Source: Balanoglossus misakiensis
Taxonomy: Eukaryota > Animalia > Hemichordata
DNA length: 64,000 bases
Direction of reading: 5' to 3'
NCBI GenBank assembly: GCA_040954595.2
Contig: CM082576.2
Span: 6,079,129 to 6,143,128 of the forward strand
A program made the position numbers and the translations under genes. The first letter of the stretch is position 1. Each line of letters begins with the position of its first letter. The notes beneath the pieces were generated by a model. It saw only the letters and a list, made by a program, of their open reading frames with translations, searched no databases and had not been told where the DNA came from. Of the stretch, positions 59,018 through 64,000 are shown in pieces.

Positions 59018-59927
59018 AGTTCAGTATGGCGCAAGTCCCATCTAGCTTGAATAAGCGTATCATAAGCAGGTGTTTTTTACGACTGAATTCTAATTTTTCC
59101 TGTGAGTGAGTCGCCGCTCTCTTGAATTTGGTGACAAAGACCCGCCGTGCTGGGTGTTGTCAAAAAGCGTATAGTCCACGCTCCAATCCACCGAGTCCTG
59201 GCTATGGTAATACTGCCTTTGGGCTGCACATATCTACAGTCTTCGAAAGCCGTTTCAATTCGGTGTACCTTGTAAAACAATTGGCAGAGTCGCGTTTAAA
59301 GAGGTTGGTTATCAGATATGGTCGGCCCTTCACCTGGTTGTCAGTTGCAACCAAAATATTCTAGTGACATTTTTCGACCAAAACAAACGAAAAAAATCGA
59401 TAACAAACACGTGACCCTCGAGTGCTAGATTCACCTGTGCTAAAAATACATGAACGAGCGGAGTGGTGAAATATCGAAAACTCACAAAAGATTTATACGC
59501 GTTACAAGTTGATAGTTTTACCTCGCCCCTTCTAGGTCATTCAGGTCTGGTTGGCTCCTGGCCGTTACTAACCAGATACTTAAGTTTGCTTTGATGGACT
59601 GTGCAATGTCATTGACATAATTACGTAATTGCATACCTGAAGAACTATGCCGACTCATCACAAAGGTACAAAGGAAAACTCGCAACTGGAGGTCACAAAT
59701 TGAAGGTGTGTGTCAGTCTGCAGTAGGTGCGTGGATGCGGTCAGTTTAGCTCAAGCGGCACTTTAAAAATCAAAACAATGAAAAGGGGGGCTTTTCTGTA
59801 CAAATTATTATTGAGTTGAGTCAACTTCTCAATTTTCAGAGACGATTCGCTTCAAAGTTTTTGAATGACCCCAAAGTTTTGCGCAAAGGCCCTTGGGTAG
59901 TTTCAATCACATGACTAAACATTGGCC

Positions 59928-61997
59928 ATGGTAGACCCGGGTGCGCTTCCGGGTGTACGAAAACCGAAAGTCTTTAGTACATATACTCTCACTTTCATTT
60001 GGATGTTTATTTTTGCAACGTTGGAAGGCTCTGTCACGGCGAGACATGTGCAAGGAGAATGGAACACTGGGCATTTCTACCAGTTTCTAGGAAAGTTCGG
60101 ATTTCAAAGCGCCAGGCCGGACGATATCCAGGGTTCCTCGGGTTATATCTATGGCAATATAACATTGCACGGCCGAGACTTGATCCAGTCAGATTACAAG
60201 TTTGTAGCTGCGTCGGGAAGGTACTGGGATAACTATATCGGTCAGTATGAAAACCGAAATAAGTTCAACACCACCGAGAGGACGTGCAGTGCTATGTTCG
60301 AATGCATCGATGACGTTGCATATGACAAAACCTGTCTACCCAATGGAACGCTCGACTTGACGAGAACCATACCGTGCCCGGCCAACCAGTTGTGTGCCGA
60401 TGATCTAGATCGCGAACGCCTGGTAATACCGGGTTATCAATTTACGATACAGATTGGAGACACTACTGGTCCGAGGTAAAGTAGCACTACTTAAACACAC
60501 AATGTCAAGAACCTAATTCAATTTATTGACTGACTGACTGACTGACTGATTGATGAATTGATTTGTGGAGTGTCCGTGATTGGATGACTGACTGGTTGAT
60601 TGATTGATTGATTGGCTGACCGACTGACTGATTGATTAATGTGATACAGGACAATCTTCTTTTGTTTTATTTTCAGTCTCTGGTACCTAAGCATGGTATC
60701 CTGTTACAACAAACACACCCGCGAAGATCAGGACCTAACATGTTCATGGCACCATGGTAAAAAAGGAGAGAAAATAGCCTACGATCTTTGGCTTGTCAAC
60801 GGAAACCCGCTTGAAAAGCAAAACCTCTTCTACTTCCAGTTTTCCTACACTTTGCAAGGCCTTCTGGCAATGTACCTGGCGTTTACAGTACTCTACATGC
60901 CGTTGTTGGCAGGGCACACGCTGGCCCACTCAAAATACATGCATCCGATTATCAAACTCTACACTCTGTGCCTGTACACAGAATTTGTAGGCATAGTACT
61001 CTTACTGATACATCTGATCATGTACTCGCAAGACGGCGTCGGACTCGGCGTGGTGTTCCAGTTCGGGAATGCCTGTGATAACATATCACACTGCTTGTTT
61101 ATGTTGTTGCTTCTGCTTTTGGCAAAAGGATGGACGATCACTACAACCAAATTTACACAGAGGAAACTACTGTTCAGCGTATGGGGTCTGTACTGCATCA
61201 CCTATGCGACTCTGTTTGTCTGGATGGCAGTGAGTAATAACCGTGGTATTCTCAACCGAAAGTGAATTCAGCATTTGTTCTTGAAATATAGTGATTGCAG
61301 TTTTCGTGTCCCAATGACCCATACAACTTTTCAGGGCAAATAACCTCCAGGAGATTTCTCAATCTCTCTCTTTCTCTCTTCCAGGTAGGTGTTGATGAAA
61401 TGTCCAATTTGAACGAGTATCAGACTTGGCCCGGAGCTGTAATTCTAACCCTGAGGTGCCTGATATTCATCTGGTTTTTGGTGGAGTTGAAGGCAACGTG
61501 CAGACAGGAATACGTGATGGAAAAACTCCGATTCTATCGATGGTTTGGCATCGGCTTCTCAATTTGGTTTGTGTATCTGCCACTCACTGTTGCTATATGC
61601 TCGTTTATTTCACCGCTATGGAGACAAAAGACTGTTTCTGGTAAGTGGTGGGGTAGTAGACTGTAGTCACCTCCAATTTGAATACGCCCATATATGGCTG
61701 AAATGGTGTATTTGGGTGTTCTAACATTGGTGGCGCATGGTAACTGTAGCTAAATTTGCATAGGTGACCGTGCACCTTTAATGTAATTTTGGTCTATAAC
61801 TAACTCAATTTCCTTTGTTTTTCTTTTTGTTCACCAAATGACCAGGAATGACCCTGACAGCTGATTACATATCATATCTTGTGTTGACAATGCTGTTCTG
61901 GCCGTATTGGAGCTCAGCTTACTTCAAACTCGGAACGTCGGGCAGTGAAAATAAAGCTTTGTTGGATGAATATAGTCATCTCATCGAACCAATCTGA
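59928..61997 (+). CDS. GPR180/TMEM145-family (intimal thickness-related receptor-like) multi-pass membrane protein, ~502 aa
   Basis: Exons 59928-60475, 60677-61229, 61385-61640, 61846-61997 (1509 nt, frame intact). Signal peptide and lumenal domain (FLGKFGF, PRLWYLSMVSC, YDLWLVNGN...FYFQFSY..QG), then multiple TM helices with HLIMYSQDGVG, LLLLLAKGWTIT, WFVYLP and LFWP motifs. Confidence 0.85.
60526..60637. repeat. (TGAC)n/(TGAT)n degenerate microsatellite in intron 1 of the GPR180-like gene
   Basis: tgactgactgact...tgattgattgatt read directly. Confidence 0.85.
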
Positions 61998-63318
61998 TCT
62001 ACGTCCACCTTTATGTTCACTAGTTTGTTAAAAACCAGTTACAGAACTATCTATCAGACTCTCTGAGATTATTTAAACAACAAAATAGACTCTGGGTTTA
62101 TGTACAATAACTGATTGTACAACTGGGCTGAAATAACTCATGGGTGAGAAATATATCAGTACTAAGACAAGTTTCCTAGATTTTTTTTTCAACTGGGTTG
62201 TCTTTCAAGTCTTTCAGTGACCAAACATTTACAGCAAAAAATACAAAATTAATGTATGTGTATTCGTATATCAAGATTTATCGTAACAAGTTTTTTCAAG
62301 CTAAAAGCATCATAACCTATCAGCTTTATGTTTTGTATTTTTGTAAGTATTAATATTACCAGTAGGGAGATTATGTAATCTTACAAAATACTGATTGGGT
62401 AATGGTTTAGCAGCTGATGTGCAAGGTTGCTCCTGATTGGTCATTTCTTTCATCAACTTTCTCAAACAGATGCACAAATGCTGTAACCTATGGAGACACT
62501 TTCACCACATAACAGTCTCTTTCACAGTACCAGGCTGAATTCCACTGTTATCCCATGTCTTACTTTGTAGCACAACTTATTTTTAATCTTTCAAGTCTTC
62601 CAGTTGAATTTTAGTTCACACATTCTAAAACAGAGCTATTGTATTGACTCCCAGGTCACTTGTTTACTTGTGTATTGTTGTATTAAAGGAATACAATCAC
62701 ATTTTAATTTGCATGATTATTGATGGTTTAAAAGGGGCATGTATGAGTCCGCTAATGAACTGTGGTGTTCAATGGTTGGTAGTTGACTTTCTCCACAAGA
62801 AGTACACACACTAATCCACTAACTGACAGCAAGAAAGCAGACGAGCCAATATTCTAAGTGCTCCTCAAAAAGACAATGGAGGCAAGTCGTCATAGAAAGT
62901 GACAGTCTAGTTATTAAATATTTGCATTTCGACAATCTGGAAATTTAGAGTGGTATAAATGAACACATCTCATTGCATACACCACTCATCAAAGTCAGTG
63001 TCAGCCATGACTGCAGCAAAGCAGTATGGATGACTGACAAAGTAACCCGGTCTCTGGTGCTGACTGCGGAGTAACCTACCCGGAGGTCATTGTCCTTTTC
63101 CCTATGCAATTGAATGTGCTGATGATGTTTTGTGGTCCGTCAATGGCTTCTTGAAAATTTTCCCCAAAATGGTAATTCATGTATGTAAGAGAATACTTTC
63201 ATTGGTTTTTGTGTTTAGTGCATCCTTCACCAATCCCAGCTCTTGTACTCCGCCAGTCTTCACAGAAGTGGAACGACTCAAGTATTTGAGTCAGTCTCCA
63301 ACTCCACGAATGTCATAG

Positions 63319-63699
63319 TCATGTCGTCTTGGTTTTGTTTCCACTTTGACTTAGTTGGTGATCCATGATACACTGTCGAAATGCAGTTACTTCTTTCTGG
63401 CATTTCCTCCAGTCCTTACTCTCTGCCATACAGTCCTATAGGCAAAGTAAAAGGGAGACCACGCTTGAAAATGAGCATAGTCTGGCACCTACTACTGACT
63501 ATGTCGCAAAGCTGGGTGACGGGGACGTGACCCCACTCCACCCGCGCCATAAAACGGGTAACTTTGGCAGTATATTCACCTGTACGGCGTAGTGATACTT
63601 GGCACAACCAGTCTTCTCCAGCATACGTTCCACGGGATCCTCCTCCTCTTCCTCTTCCTGAGATTCAGGTGTCTTCTTCGTCGGCTCGCTGGCTGCCAT
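63319..63699 (-). CDS. COA4: Cytochrome c oxidase assembly factor 4 homolog (twin CX9C protein), 78 aa
   Basis: Exons 63699-63580 and 63435-63319 give MAASEPTKKTPESQEEEEEEDPVERMLEKTGCAKYHYAVQDCMAESKDWRKCQKEVTAFRQCIMDHQLSQSGNKTKTT*. It has two CX9C motifs and the EEEDP...GC...H.AVQ.CMA...DWR.CQ pattern of COA4/CHCHD8. Confidence 0.92.
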
Positions 63700-64000
63700 T
63701 CTGCATGCAGCGACGTACATGCACGTGCAGGAAGTAGCAGACCAGTTAGTTGCAGACTGGCGCATATTCACATTCTGAACACATCGCAAATTCTTATTCC
63801 GAATACTTCATCGGTATCTGCTCTCCAACCGCATAAAGAAGGTTGTTTTTCCGTGATGTCGTATGAGTTCAAATATCCGGTATTACCCCATATCGAAATT
63901 ACCGGTGCAAACTTGGTATGGACGATTAATTTGTCGGAAAGGAACTGGTCGTGAATCCGAACCCGAAGCCGAATCCCAATCCCGATTTTTGCTCAATATT

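Overview
Intron-rich animal genomic DNA, most consistent with a marine invertebrate; a deuterostome such as a hemichordate is plausible, but the species cannot be determined from sequence alone. Exon chains were assembled by hand from splice sites and reading-frame continuity. Gene order: a small uncharacterised single-pass membrane protein (-, partial); two tandem SLC16/MCT transporter paralogues (-); SEL1L with an unusual ~316-aa Gln-rich lumenal N-terminal region (-), head-to-head with a BC-box/LRR (AMN1/FBXL-like) gene whose CDS is a single exon (+); a nested pair of Helentron-associated (HINE/DINE-1-like) non-autonomous elements; GALNT2 (-, 14 exons); TADA2B (-, 16 exons, one GC-AG intron); two tandem paralogous uncharacterised genes sharing two motifs I cannot name (-); a GPR180/TMEM145-family membrane protein (+); and COA4 (-). 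No rRNA, tRNA or CRISPR array was seen. The strongest leads are the uncharacterised paralogue pair, the nested HINEs with matched end motifs, the SEL1L Q-rich/HIPxH region, the MCT pair lacking proton-coupling residues, and a possible SWIRM-less TADA2B isoform.
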